Of a stretch of 64,000 nt of DNA, positions 51,704 through 64,000 are shown piece by piece. Source of the stretch: Vermamoeba vermiformis (lineage: Eukaryota); the NCBI GenBank assembly GCA_045837725.1, contig JBEWZL010000272.1:248001-312000 (forward strand), in the 5' to 3' direction. The notes under the pieces were generated by a model. That model saw nothing but the letters and a program-made list of their open reading frames with translations, was not told the DNA's origin and made no database searches. The translations under genes and the position numbers were made by a program. Each line of letters starts with the position of its first letter. Within the stretch, counting starts at the first letter, position 1.

Positions 51704-54700
51704 ATGGCCAACCTGAATACAATAATAACCGTACCAGCAGCTCAAACTGCTTTATTTAGTGCTTTATTTAGCAGGAATGCAGTAACTAATGCGTTTGATG
51801 GTCTGAAGAGCCTCAGAAGCACATCCAAAGAACTTTATCAAATTTTAAACGACGAATTTATTGTTAAATTATTTAGCAATAAAGCATTCGGTAAGAAGTA
51901 CGCATGATATTAATATCATGCTTTTTCTCGATAGTCTTTATTTATTTGACAGGATCTAACATCTGTATTTTCACAGCTGCATTGAACGCTCGATTTCAGC
52001 ATCTAAAAATTAATTATTTGATTATTAATAATTATTGGAGCAATTTTGAAGCGTGTAAGTCCCACTAATCGATAGTTAATGTTGCTAACAAATCAGCAGT
52101 TATTGAGCTGGTAGCAAGGCATAATGGAGCATATAGATGTAGAGAAATGGTCAAAAAACACTTGCTTTATGCAGTCAAGGTCGGATCCACAGACTTCGTT
52201 GCAAAGTTGTTGGCGATCAGAATCCAAAACAGCACTGTACAATTTCCAGCAAAAAATTTAATACGAGCATTTGAATATGCTTTAAATGCTAAGAAGAACG
52301 ATACCGCTATTACGTTACTATCTTTCTTACAACCGCGTTTGAATGAATCCGATCCCGAACACTTTTCAGTAAGTCATTTATTTGGCCTTTAAATATTACA
52401 ATTACTTATATATATGATAGAAACTAGAAAATGCGTTAAGAAACAACGAAGAATTCAATTTAAATGGCGATGTATTTTATCAAATTAAGAAGTTAAATTC
52501 CTCGCGAATTTTATTGGAGCTACTGACCGGTAAATTATTATAAAATACCAATAATTCGTATTCATGAATAATAATATACGTTTCATTCAGCTCCGAAGAA
52601 GAAGATCGTTATTCCTGAAGGTAGAACGAATGACGGATCATGTTCTTCTTTTAAATTCAGCGAACTAACGATTAAAATACAGGCGATTTATATACTTGCT
52701 TAAAAATTCCGGAGAATAGGACTTCCATTTACTTTGCCGAAATTTGGGGTAAGCCTTAACCAAACGAAATTAAGCCTAACGCTCATCTTTACTCTACTAG
52801 GCCACTCATATTACCAGTTTAATAAGTTACGCTATTATTCAAGTGCTCTTATGTGGTTAATTGGCACTGAATTTAAAAACTCATATAATATTTCTTATTA
52901 CGACAACAAAGCGATCAAACACGAATTTGAAATTCCGAAACAGAACGGAGTTTATACTTACGAAGGCATATCTACTTCAAACCTATACGAACTGATAGTC
53001 AAAACGAGTATGGGCTCTGAATTTCTAAGAACTTTTCCGCATCAGTTTGTAGCGGTTACAGATCAAGCCTTGGAACAGCCTCTTGAAGACCAACCTTGGT
53101 ATTTTGGCAATATTACAAATGAAGAAGCTCGAGAGATATTAATAGGTACGTAACTAACTGTTCAGTTCAAAACTGTTGTGATCCAGATCCAACGCGAGAG
53201 TCATTTTTGGCACATCTTTTGGACTTTTCCTAGTGCTTATTATAACTAATTATGATTGGTTTTTTATTAGGGGCGGCAAGCAACTCTTTTTTCTTAACTC
53301 TATCCCGTGGTTTGCAGTTTTTTGTTTGCTGGAGCGAACCGAAAAGAAGCAGTCAAACCCAATTCTTATCGTTGCCGTTCAATGGCTGCCAAGAACTGAA
53401 GAAATTAATCGAGAAGGCTATGGATAAATTCAGTTGTGTTCTGGGATTTTATAACGGTGGTTCACCTAAGAACATTGAAGTATTAAAATTTCATCGGATC
53501 CTTGCCGAATCTGATCCCGATCTTGGTATGAAAAGCCAATATGATCATTCAAAGGAATTCTAACATCTATTCTAGAGCACGCTAAGCATTGGGTTATTGA
53601 AAACAGTACGTCGGGCGTCTCACAATGTCAAATATTCATCGATTTTTTCTCAGAAATTCAAATTCCGCTGCAAGACCCTTCTCCTCTTTGGACCTATCTA
53701 CACAGTAGAAAAATAGAGGATGCAAGTTCAGATGGCGTACTAAAATGGTTAATAGGTGAAGGTGTCCGTTTGGACGGAAGGTAAGATCGATCTTTGATCG
53801 GATCGGATCGGATCTGACCACCTTTCTTTTTTCAGTGAGACTCCTTCGATAATGGCTCTGAGTATAAAAAAGGCAGGAGTTGAATATGCGAAGCATCTGT
53901 TAAGCCTTGGAGTTAAATGTGATACCTCAGCGTTGTTAGAATTGGTTGCAGCAATACCGCATCGTGACGAATTCAAAATATTCTGGGAAGCACGAAAAAG
54001 CGACATAGATTTATCGGAAATACTCGACAAATTGTTAGCACACGCTGAATTGTATAATTCTCGATGGGGCAATGGCGAGAAACGAAAGTTATTGATGTTA
54101 GCTTGGAAGTTCGGAAATGACGACAATTTATTTAAATTATTGCCGAAAGAAATATTGCAATTGATATTTCAATACGATATTGATGTACCCCATTGGTACA
54201 CCATCGGAGAAATTATTCTAGCAGAAACTCCACAAAGAAAAGTTGTTGCGACTTTGGTGTCAATAGACAGCATGCTATTTATTGCCAAATATAGAAATTT
54301 GTTTTATGAAAAAGTCATAACAGATTCCTTGTCTCGATTATGCGGCCTGCCGAATTATTTCCAAGACAAAAAACTACCACAGCTGTTCGGAAAGCTACGA
54401 CAGATGGATCCTAGTATGGTCTTTGCATACAAGCCTTACGCATTTCCTGGCATAGTAAGATATTGCACTTCGTCGACGGATGTGGATCTGTTGTCCGCGA
54501 TTTTGGAAACAAAAATAATCGATACGCAATATTTCTTGGAACAAAATCCAGTGCCGATGACCTGGCTGGCATGTAAAGAAAAAAACAAACCAGCCATTGA
54601 GGTGCTTACCAAGTACGGCTTGATCCCGCTCGACTTCAATTTTCTACATTATACACCACCAACGCTGCGGGAATGGCTGATAAGCCATCAAGTACATGAT

Positions 54701-54748
54701 ATTTATGAATACGTTGTGCAGTGCATTGAAAAGAATAAAAAGTTGTAG
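51704..54748 (+). CDS. Ankyrin-repeat protein with degenerate SH2-like domain and F-box-like motifs (one gene joining several ORFs)
   Basis: ANK-like: LLYAVKVGSTDFVAKLL, ETPSIMAL...AKHLLSLG, MTWLACKEKNKPAIEVLTKYG. SH2-like: QPWYFGNITNEEAREILIGAASNSFFLTLS. F-box-like: LFKLLPKEILQLIFQY. Introns ~53527-53575 and ~53781-53835 join the ORFs in frame. Confidence 0.6.
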
Positions 54749-55285
54749 TTGACCAAAGTTTGACCAAATTACTTTTAATGAAAATCTTTTTCAAGTCTAA
54801 TTTGTTGTCCCAGCCTATCAATGAAGCCATAATAGCCTTATGTATTAATAATCGTAACTGTTGCCGTACATGGCGTCGACAAGCAGTACTCGCCTTCCTG
54901 GGTAGGGGAGCAATTCCGATCTTAAGGTATAATAAGGAATGCAAATTAAGTCGCGAGATCAAAAATTTGAATTAATGCGAGTAATATAGTAAAAATTGCT
55001 CTCAATTTTTGGAGTAACTATCTTATGGTATTCATTTTGGCGCCAAAAGCAGGATGCAGGATCAGATCGTAGTAAAGACGATGCAAATGGCAACAAAAAC
55101 AAAGAGAGCGGGTCGTCCAATCCACGTTCCATATTAAAGAGGTAATTGCAGATAGCTTGTTTTGCGTTCACTTTCAAAACATTTCGTGCAGAAGCAATTT
55201 TCGGCTTGTTAACTTGATTTCCCGAAACAGGGGACATCGCTTTGCAACCACAACGAAAAAGAAAGCATTGCCAGTTCGCTTCGAT

Positions 55286-57659
55286 ATGTCTTCGGTTGAT
55301 TCCAAAGAAAATAAAGGTAGAGTTGGATCGTTTCTACCTTTGTTCAACTTCAATCTCGACAATGTTCCCAAAACTATTCTAATTTAATCGCATAAGTTTG
55401 GAGCATGATATTTAAATAATAACGACTCATCTCGTGACTAATTATTGAGCAATACTACTTTTACCTAATTTAGTAATTTTTTGTACTGACATGGTTTTAC
55501 AATAGCCGAGATGCAGATGCACGAGAAAGCTGTTCAATCACTGCGTACCTTATTACTGATGTGGGCAAAGCAGTCAGTCAAGTCCTCAAAGCCGGATCCG
55601 AAATACAAGAATCGGCTGATCGTCAACTTTCAACCTGGAATGACTCCACGTTACCTTAAATACCTCTTGACGTCATATACGGACAAAAGAGAGTTGGACG
55701 ATAAAACAATTACAAATGAGCAAGAGAAACATGCAGTTAAGGTGTTTGTCGAAGGCTTTTCAGATCGGATCAAAAAAATATTAATCGTCAATGACAACTC
55801 CTCACTAAACGATATAAGTACAAAGCTGAACGATACAACGCCTTCAATAATTATGCTCGAAGTTGAAGACTTGAAGAATGAGAATGCCAACTCTAAGCTC
55901 GGAGCATTTATCAAGCAACACATTGCTGGCCCGCACAGTTTGATAGTCTTCTCAAAACCGTTATGCGCCCTCAATTATCGGACTATAGAGCAGCAACTTA
56001 ACGTTAAAGTACGGCAGTTATGGTTGCCCAGACTGGAGCATCGGAAATAGTATGAATGACGAGATCCGTTGCGATCGGTCTCTTTCACTAACGTTGGCTT
56101 GTATTATAGTAATGGCACGGACTATGATTTTTTGCCAGAATATATTAACAAATGCTACGGCATCCCTAAAGTCATGGAGATCCACGAGAGGTCACATCAA
56201 TCGTCGAATGCTATCAAAGCGACTACCATCGAACTCATGGCGCTATGGAACTTGCCTGAATTTAAATCCTATTTAGGCTATTTTTATCGCCTGTTTAGCT
56301 TCACTAGTTCTGGCATTCAACTTTACACTAGATCCAAGTTGTCTGCCAAGATAAACACTCTCGATGCCGCCGCTTCTCTTGGCTTTGATATCATATCATT
56401 AGGAGATCAAAACAATTTCGATCTTAACCAGAAAGAGCTTTCTTCGAGTCAGTTAAATCAGGTACGATGGCTGGTGTGATTTTGGTATACGCTGTAACTC
56501 CGTTCCAGGATTCCATGAGATCTCCAGTGTATTCAATTACGGCTTTAACCCTGCTAGAAAACGAGTTTAATGGCCAAGTCCGCTCAGAATTTGATGCGTT
56601 CAAACTTGTTCGCGGCAATACTTTGAAGTGGTACGAAGCTGAACGAGCAGTTGTGCGTGCTCTTGTCGAGGGCAGTGCTCAAGGCAACAGCTTTGGTCGT
56701 CAATGGCCCTTCTTCGCTGGAACGTTCTTAGCCAATCTCAAGGCCAAACTTCAATTACAACCACAAGTCATTCCGCGAGTCTATTCCAACGGCAGTCCCC
56801 TTAACGAGGGCACTTTGGAGGCCTGGGAGAAAGGCAACAGAGAAGCTCCACCACAGGGCACTATGGACCATAATGGATGGGCACGATTAATGCCGTACCT
56901 TGATATCAACAGGCCCATCATTCCCGTGGAGATATCGCGGTCTCCTGATATCATGTTTGTGCTGCAGCAGGGCGCTACTGCGAACATTTTGTGCTTTCAA
57001 GTGAAGACTGGCGTACAGGATCTGTCACTGCCGTACATTCAAGCAGAAGTGGCTAAATCTCCATTTCTTAGCATTCGTCCATCGGGAGAGGTATAATTAT
57101 AGCACGACTTGAAAGATTATTAATTTCATTTAGATTATTCGAGTGAACGATGATCTTGGATACAAAATTACATTCGTCAACGTGGCGCCAGTGCACAGAG
57201 AAATTAAGAAAGAATTACTAAAAGAGGCGTTTGTGTGCGAAAAAGGACAAGAAGAACAGGCCAAGGCCGCAATCGTGACATTGTACGACGAATTTATTCA
57301 CGTCAAGTCTGGCAGCAAGATACTTTCCCTTCCACCGAATGTCGAGGTTATTATCTTATTGAAGCGAGGATTGGAAGCTTTATTTGGAACTGCTGACTAT
57401 CACTCAATACTTGATGCAAGTTGTGACTTGAAAGATCTTGGCGAAGATGAGATTTCACTAAAGCAAAAGACAGAAAAGCTTCCTAAGCCAGAAGCAGACG
57501 TGCGAGAACAAACGAGAAAATTAATTGCGTAAGAAAGAGAGCTCTTTAATAACCTCTAAAACCTAGTACTTAATGTAATTCAGGTTGGTCAAGCATGTTC
57601 CTGGCGCCAATAGAATTATCAAAGAGACGGTCGATTTGGAATTCGGGGACAGGAAATAA
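55286..57659 (+). CDS. Crinkler/RHS-type (CR) protein with degenerate NTPase and PD-(D/E)xK restriction-endonuclease-like domain
   Basis: Walker-B-like IIMLEVED, LWLPRL and CYGIPK motifs; REase-like SRSPDIMF...LCFQVKT...IQAEVAKS, then VEVIIL..GLEALFG. Introns 56050-56109 and ~56462-56508 restore the frame. Start uncertain. Confidence 0.55.
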
Positions 57660-57767
57660 GCTATTACATACATAAAATTTTGTAGATGCGATTTGGCTTA
57701 TTCGCTTTTGAGGGTACAATCATACAATAGCAGCTTTATTGATAAAATAACATTGCATAATACGCGC

Positions 57768-59250
57768 TTAGTAGCGAGTCGGTGAGACGTACTTCGCATC
57801 TGAGATCGAACAAAATTAGATCCCGTACAATAACGCAAAACATTTCGTGGCAAGACTTACCATCAAGTACTTCTCTAACGGCAGGGGATTGGCAACAGAC
57901 GTACACATCGTTGTTCATATTATTCTTAATCTTCTTATCAGCACCGCCCTTGAGCAACAACTTAACAGTGGAAATATGGCCACGACTGGCAGCTTTGATC
58001 AAAGGAGTATTACCTATAGGATAATTGTTAGCCATATGTACCTGAAAACTTTTAAAATAACGGCTCTGTATCGTCGCGTACTGGAAAATTTGACCGTCAA
58101 ATTTCAAATTTTGAGTGTCAAATATTTGTAGCCTACTTTGAATGTACAAACAGGCGATATAAGATTATTCCCATTTTATTAAAAACGGTACCACAAAAAT
58201 TTATCAGAAACTTTTTCGATAATTTTGGTAGCGGTGTTACTTTTGTCAAACACTCGCTAAATTGTTGGCTCTTGCTTCAGTTAGTAGGACTATGGAAATG
58301 CCCACTAATTCAGCAATAGCAATCGCGCAACTTGTCGTCTAAGAAAAGTTTGTGCGGTTCCAAATTATCAAAAAAATTTATGAAAAATTAGAAGTGGTGC
58401 CGTTTTTAGTAAAACGGGAATAATATTGTATTCAAATACTTTACCATCAGCATCTCTAGCGTTAATTTCGCACTTGGCGTCGTGGATCAACCAGCTTACG
58501 ACATCATCCTTTCCTGCAGAGTTAAGCACAATTAGGCTTATTATTCAAGGCACAATAAGTATATTATTTGCTAATTACCGTTAAATGCTGCAAGATGAAG
58601 AGGTCTAGAGCCAGCTGTATCAGCGAGCTCAAGATCTGCTCCTTTTTCCTTCATGAACTTAACCTACGCTCAAAATATTAGGAAAAATCCAATATATAGC
58701 TTCTTGTTGATGATTTGCACGTTGATTTTAAATTAAAGATTAAAATTAGATTGAGCGGCGATTATACATACAACTTCCAAGTGACCCCATTTAGCAGCCT
58801 CTGTTAAATTAACGCGTTATGACTCGTTTTTATAGTACAATAATATTAATGATGCTTACCACCAACAGCTGTCTTGCCTTGAACGTCTAATAACAAAAAA
58901 ACGATTAAGATATTTTTTTGGATTTTTTTGTTAGTATCTCAAAATAATATTTATAATTATTCTTGAACACGGGTACATCGTGCATTAATATTTTCGAGAG
59001 CACAAAGCAAATTTCCACGATGCCAAAATATTTTTAGTTTTACCTTGCGCGTTGATCTGTGTCCAAGTGTTGTCTAATCGCTTCTTTACCAAGTCCAAAT
59101 TGCCTATAAATTATGGTAAATATTTATTCGTTTAGATTTTTGTTGAAATGACACGAGTTGCTCGCATCAGCTGCTTAAAACAATTTTTCGCGAGATCAGC
59201 TTACCATCAGCGGCAGCATCCCACAGAGTAATTTTTCCCCACTGAGACAT
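57768..59250 (-). CDS. Small ankyrin-repeat protein (about 4 repeats, many small exons)
   Basis: Spliced: LWDAAADGNLDLVK, GKTAVGEAAKWGHLEVVKFMKEKGAD, GSRPLHLAAFNGKDDVVSWL, GNTPLIKAASRGHISTVKLLLKGGAD. Confidence 0.9.
58166..58422. mobile_element. MITE-like foldback element inside an intron of the ankyrin gene
   Basis: Left arm TTATTCCCATTTTATTAAAAACGGTACCAC versus reverse complement of right arm TTATTCCCGTTTTACTAAAAACGGCACCAC (27/30 identical); imperfect pairing continues inward almost to the centre; TA at both ends. Confidence 0.7.
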
Positions 59251-59351
59251 ATTTGTGCTGTTTAATACTACAAGTAATTGATTATTGGCAAAAAAGATTC
59301 TGACACGAAATTTTGACCGTTGCACAAAAAATTTTCGGATCAAATCATTTT

Positions 59352-61481
59352 TTATTTGTCTGCAGTAATTGCTTCAGGAATAGGTTCATATCCTCTTCGT
59401 CTTAATAAGCACTTATTTCTAGCACGCCTAATGACGTCGATAAGTACCACAGCCCACAAACCTATCGCGATCCAACCCGAGATCCACGACAACGCGAGGA
59501 ATTCTTGGCCGTATATTTGCAAAGCTATGAATATCAATGCTGTCACGCCCGTGTAGATGGCGAACCCTATCCACATCATGACCCCAGCTTGTGACCAGTA
59601 CTCTGCAAAGATAATAAACAAGAAGCGAAGTACGTTCCTCAGCGAGGTCAAACTACCAATGGTGACCAAGACTGCAAATAGCCACGATAAGATTGGATTG
59701 TACTGCACTTTGAAGAACGCCGTCATGAAGTTTTCTTGCTCGTATTCAACTTCGAAAGAGAAAAGTGGTGCGAAATCCAGCTCTGCGGATGTGGTCGCGC
59801 ACTCGGGCCAATTACTCTCGAATGTACCATCGAGAATTGTGCTATTGACCCTCCTCATATAATTCGAGGAGCCTACTTTAGCCTTTGAAAATAAATTTAG
59901 AGTTATTTACCGTCAATTTCAAAAAAATTAAATTTTGCTGGATCCGTACGTACTTGCAAGTAATAATCAGACGGCATATTCAAAAAGTGCAATAAAGGTC
60001 CTGCTTGCATTTGAATCCACGTCCATGTAAATCTCAACACTGGCACTAAATTTAGCCTAAATATAATCATTATTTTAAATTCTTATATCGGATCTGGATG
60101 TGTTCAAATTTCAAGCAAATACTACAAGCTATTATATATATCATATCGTTATGTAATACTTACGTAGCATCATTGCTAAACGGCACAGAGTGCGCTTGAT
60201 TCGTTGGCAAGAAAACCTCAGACGGAGGAATCGCCGTGAGTCTCGGATTGACAGGTGTCAACATGTCAATCACGTGCAGCGGTTTTCTTGTGTTATTTTT
60301 AGTCACGCACACTGTTGCGTACATTTCGCACGACTTGGCTCTGATTAGGCAAAAAAAAATTAAAATACGATACAAAAAATAATCTTTGTATTCGCATAGT
60401 GCCGTTAACAAATTATTACTAATTTAGGAAATATGATAGTACTAGTAGTATTTGCAAGTTAGCTTACTTTGATGATAAATTCATCAACTGACCCACATCC
60501 ACGATAATAAAATGGTGGTTTGAGCGGGTATTCGAGTAATCGATGTAACAAGAGGTCAATGCCTGCGTGCTATTCATTGCAGTATTTGACTTGGATATGA
60601 CGTTAATAGTAAGCATATTGCCGCGATTTCTCGGGACAACAAGACCAACAGATCCGTGGCCATCAATAATCGGGTAAAATCTATCCAAAAAATAAAATTA
60701 GCTATAAATATACATCAATAATATTATATGCTTGGTATTTAATGATATTATAGTATTTATACCTTGAATGCGCGTCAAAAGAGCTTTTTGCAGTGGTTAC
60801 GTTGCCAGTAGTAAAATATTGCATCAATAAAGTGCCAGCAAATACGCAAATAATAATAGCAATGATTACTACTGTCGCAAAACCACCTGCAGTCCGCTTA
60901 ATATGCACAAATACGGGCTTGGGAACAATAAGCTAAAGATCGAAGATCAGTGGATTCAGTAAATTCTTTAGTAATATTAATATTGGCATATGTCTAATAT
61001 CATTATGTAATTGTTGATATTATGACATATTTTGGCAATAAATTACCGGTAATTTATTGAGTTTAAGAGACTTTAAGTCACTTACGTGATCCAACGGTCC
61101 ACTATCTTGTGCCTTATTTAATCCATTAAAAAACGTATTATCTGGCTTTTTTTCAGTGACTTTGTCGATAATTTCCATCACATCCAAGTCCAGTTCTTTG
61201 ACGGCATGTCGTAACTTGCGGATCGGCAATAAAAATATTACAATCGCGAACTGGCACGCAAAAATTGTGATAGTGATCAATAATAATAATATTGACTCTG
61301 CCTTTTCTTGATTTAATTGGATCTGCTCGTAACCTGCGTAATTAAAAATTACCCGTTAAAAATAAATTTTATTAATATATATCGTTAATTACAACAGCGA
61401 TGATACTAAACTTAATCAATATGTGCATATTATAGTGAATTAATTACCCGTTGAATAATTGAAAGTCGGACAGATCTGCAT
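59352..61481 (-). CDS. Hypothetical multi-pass membrane protein
   Basis: Several exons with TM segments (TITIFACQFAIVIFLL, GGFATVVIIAIIICVFAG, C-terminal 3-TM block); start codon tentative. Confidence 0.55.
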
Positions 61482-61717
61482 CAGTTTTTTTTGTTTGTTG
61501 AACTTATTCTAACCACTAAATATCGCAGTATAATGCGTAATAAATATAATGCGCGTTGCGTGTCACCTCATAGTCACGTTGCAAATAATAACCGTCAGAT
61601 TTTCTTCCCGCTCGAAAAGCCCACGAGATTTTTTTCGATTTTGTTTCGATTATTTTTCGAGCGGCATGTAAATAGCAAACACCTTATTATATTTATTATT
61701 ATCTATATTATTAGCAT

Positions 61718-63901
61718 ATGGATATTGTGGCTGAAATTGCCTCAGCGGCGGTACGGCTTCCAGGCCAAAAAGGACATCTATCAGATGCGCAAGAAGAGAC
61801 GATAATAGCAATGCGAATAATATCCTCTATATTATCACTAATAGGCTCGGCATTTATGATATTTTCTATGATTTTTTTCAAACGGCTTGATAGGTAAATA
61901 ATTAATTTTTACGGCCAGTGAAAAAATTTAGTGCTTGCACCAAAATTTAAAATTTCAAAATATTCTTAAATATTCACTATACCATGTAATATAGCATATT
62001 TATGCAATTAGAGCAAATTAGGATCTGCTGTAAATATTAAATTCCGCAATTTACGGAAAATTTTAGTTGCCGTCCTCTATAGCGGCCTATACGGAATTGC
62101 AATATTTAGTACTCAATATAAATATTCTAATATTATTTATTTTTTTAGAATGCCGCAAAGGCTAATTTTTTACATGACGATCTGCGTTGCACTTGGTTGC
62201 ATTTCAAATTTGTTCTCTTTTACTACATACGATAAAGAAGAGGAATATCCAAGTAAGTATATATTTAGTTTGCTCATACGAACCATTTTCAAATAAAATC
62301 TAGTTAAAGTTCAAAAGATCCGGATCTTCCGCGGATCGAACCAAAAATTTGCTTAGAAGTGAATAAAATTGCAAAAATTAATTATGAGTTAATATAATAC
62401 GTATATTACCATATGATTACTATATTTCAAGAGTTCTAATCGCATTTTTTTCAGATCTTTGTTACGCGCAAGGATTTTTAGGCCAATTTTTTCTTCAAGC
62501 CACATTTCTATGGATGGTCTTTATAGCCCTCAATTTATACCTCGTAGTTGTGCAGCAACGACGAAATTTAGCGGGTGTTGAACGGGCTTATCATATTGCT
62601 ACGTGGTTTTTGGCTTCAATCGTAACAATTTTGCCAACGACGACCGGATCTTACGGACCAGGACCGATTTGGTACGCTACTAGTTACTATACTAGCACCA
62701 ATGCACTATTACATCGCATTATAATATATTTTAAAGCAAATTGTCGCTAATAACTCCGATTTAAAATTTCGGATCCCGCGCCGAAAAATTGCAGCTAGTT
62801 TGAGCCAAAATTATTATGTTATACAACTTAATCATCATTTAGAATTAGTAATATATATCGATCTTATAGAACCAGCTAATTGCTTGCTCTAAAGTTAATT
62901 GTTTAAGTGTCCTATATTTACCGTAGTATTTATACTGATTATACGTGGCAGGTGTTGGATTGACGAAGAATCAGCAGGCAAAGTGTGGCGCATAGTAGTG
63001 TATATTCCTATTTACATCTACCTCGTCATCATCATCGTGCTTTACTGGAAAATTATTAGCTCTGTACGCGCATCGCTGAAGGTACTTTATTTCATACTTT
63101 TATATATGCACTCGTAATATATATTATTATAACGTTATTTATGGCCAAATATTCGTTCTTGACGAAAGCAGATCCGTTACAAATTTCTTAAAAAGGAAAT
63201 TTCGAATTTTTTTCGATCTTTTGAAGAGATAGTGCTCGCAAAAAGAGTATTATATATATATAATAGCATCGCCATTAATAGGAGTACTAATTAAACTCTC
63301 TTTTTACTCAGAATCGTAAAGACAACCTTGATGAAGGAGAATTGAAAAGAGCTTCGAATATGTTAGCGCGATTACAGGCCTATCCGCTCATTATTGTCGT
63401 ATTGTATATTTTTCCGACGATTAATCGCATGAATTCTTGGTTTGGCGGCAGTGCTGTAAGTACTCTAAATAACTGAAAAACACTCCGGATCTAAAATTTC
63501 CTACTGCTTCATGTCGCTAGAAAATTCGTAGAATTAATAAGGATCCTTATTATTATTAAAGTATATGATTTTACAGCGATTTTAATCAAATTTTAATTCG
63601 ATGGATCTCGATTGAAAAGATCCGTTCTTAGAGGATGAGCTAATAAATACTAATTACTTTTTTTATCTCATAGTACTTTAGTCTGTACATATTGCACGTA
63701 GTCACTGCACCCATGCTCGGATTCGTGAATTCATTGGCCTACGGCTTCGATCAAGAAATGCGCACCAAGTACCAAGTTTGTTGGAAGAAAAATTGTTTGA
63801 AACAACAAGTCGAGGAGGAAGAAGAACATGGCATATCTGACCTTGAGACTGTCAATACGAAAGAAGGTGATAGTATTGACTCGGTGCAAACTGACTTTTG
63901 A
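61718..63901 (+). CDS. cAMP-receptor-like GPCR (Crl/GCR1/GPR157-type)
   Basis: SSILSLIGSAFMI, RLIFYMTI, LCYAQGFLGQFFLQATFLWMVFIALNLY, YGPGPIW/CWI, RLQAYPLIIVVLYIFPTINR, LGFVNSLAYG. Confidence 0.9.
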
Positions 63902-64000
63902 AAGGGCGAGCAGATCTGACCTGATCGGAACGATAAAATTTATTTATGTGAATAATAAAATTCAATTACAAAACCGCGTGTAATTACAATAATACGAAAC

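Noticed and set aside
53852-54748. Apparent standalone intronless 298-aa gene
   Set aside because: In-frame upstream exons with good splice sites link it to the gene starting at 51704.
56048-56068. Two in-frame stops (TAG, TGA) suggesting a pseudogene or stop-codon readthrough in the CR-like gene
   Set aside because: An intron at 56050-56109 (GTATGA...CTAAC...TATAG) removes both and restores the frame.
1-64000. Prokaryotic operon or defence-island interpretation
   Set aside because: Genes are split by spliceosomal introns and encode eukaryote-specific proteins; fragmented ORFs reflect exons, not decay.

Overview
Gene-dense, AT-rich eukaryotic DNA with many short GT-AG introns (often GTAAG/GTACG donors and CTAAC-like branch points). 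The gene content (cAMP-receptor-like GPCR, SH2-like domain, TKL kinase, GRASP, Crinkler-type gene) suggests a free-living amoeboid protist, probably Amoebozoa; this is an inference. I spliced about 24 protein-coding genes by eye. Recognisable ones: PIGT (partial), meiotic SHOC1/Zip2, a LIM protein, a Kelch-BTB-BTB protein, a TKL kinase, an RppH-like Nudix hydrolase, a GPI-anchored GSDH-PKD protein, GRASP, an ankyrin protein and two 7TM receptors. The most striking theme is several ubiquitin-ligase modules (F-box, U-box) fused to degenerate copies of conserved proteins: pseudo-eEF1A, importin-5-like HEAT repeats, a P-loop-dead GBP, a ParB/Srx-like domain and a degenerate SH2. This suggests 'integrated decoy' E3 ligases. 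Also present: a longin/half-SNARE-vWA fusion, a strongly CpG-depleted segment, a MITE-like foldback element and a recurrent intronic AGATCCGGATCT palindrome. No rRNA, tRNA or CRISPR array was found. All family assignments come from motif recognition, not database searches, and exon boundaries are manual.
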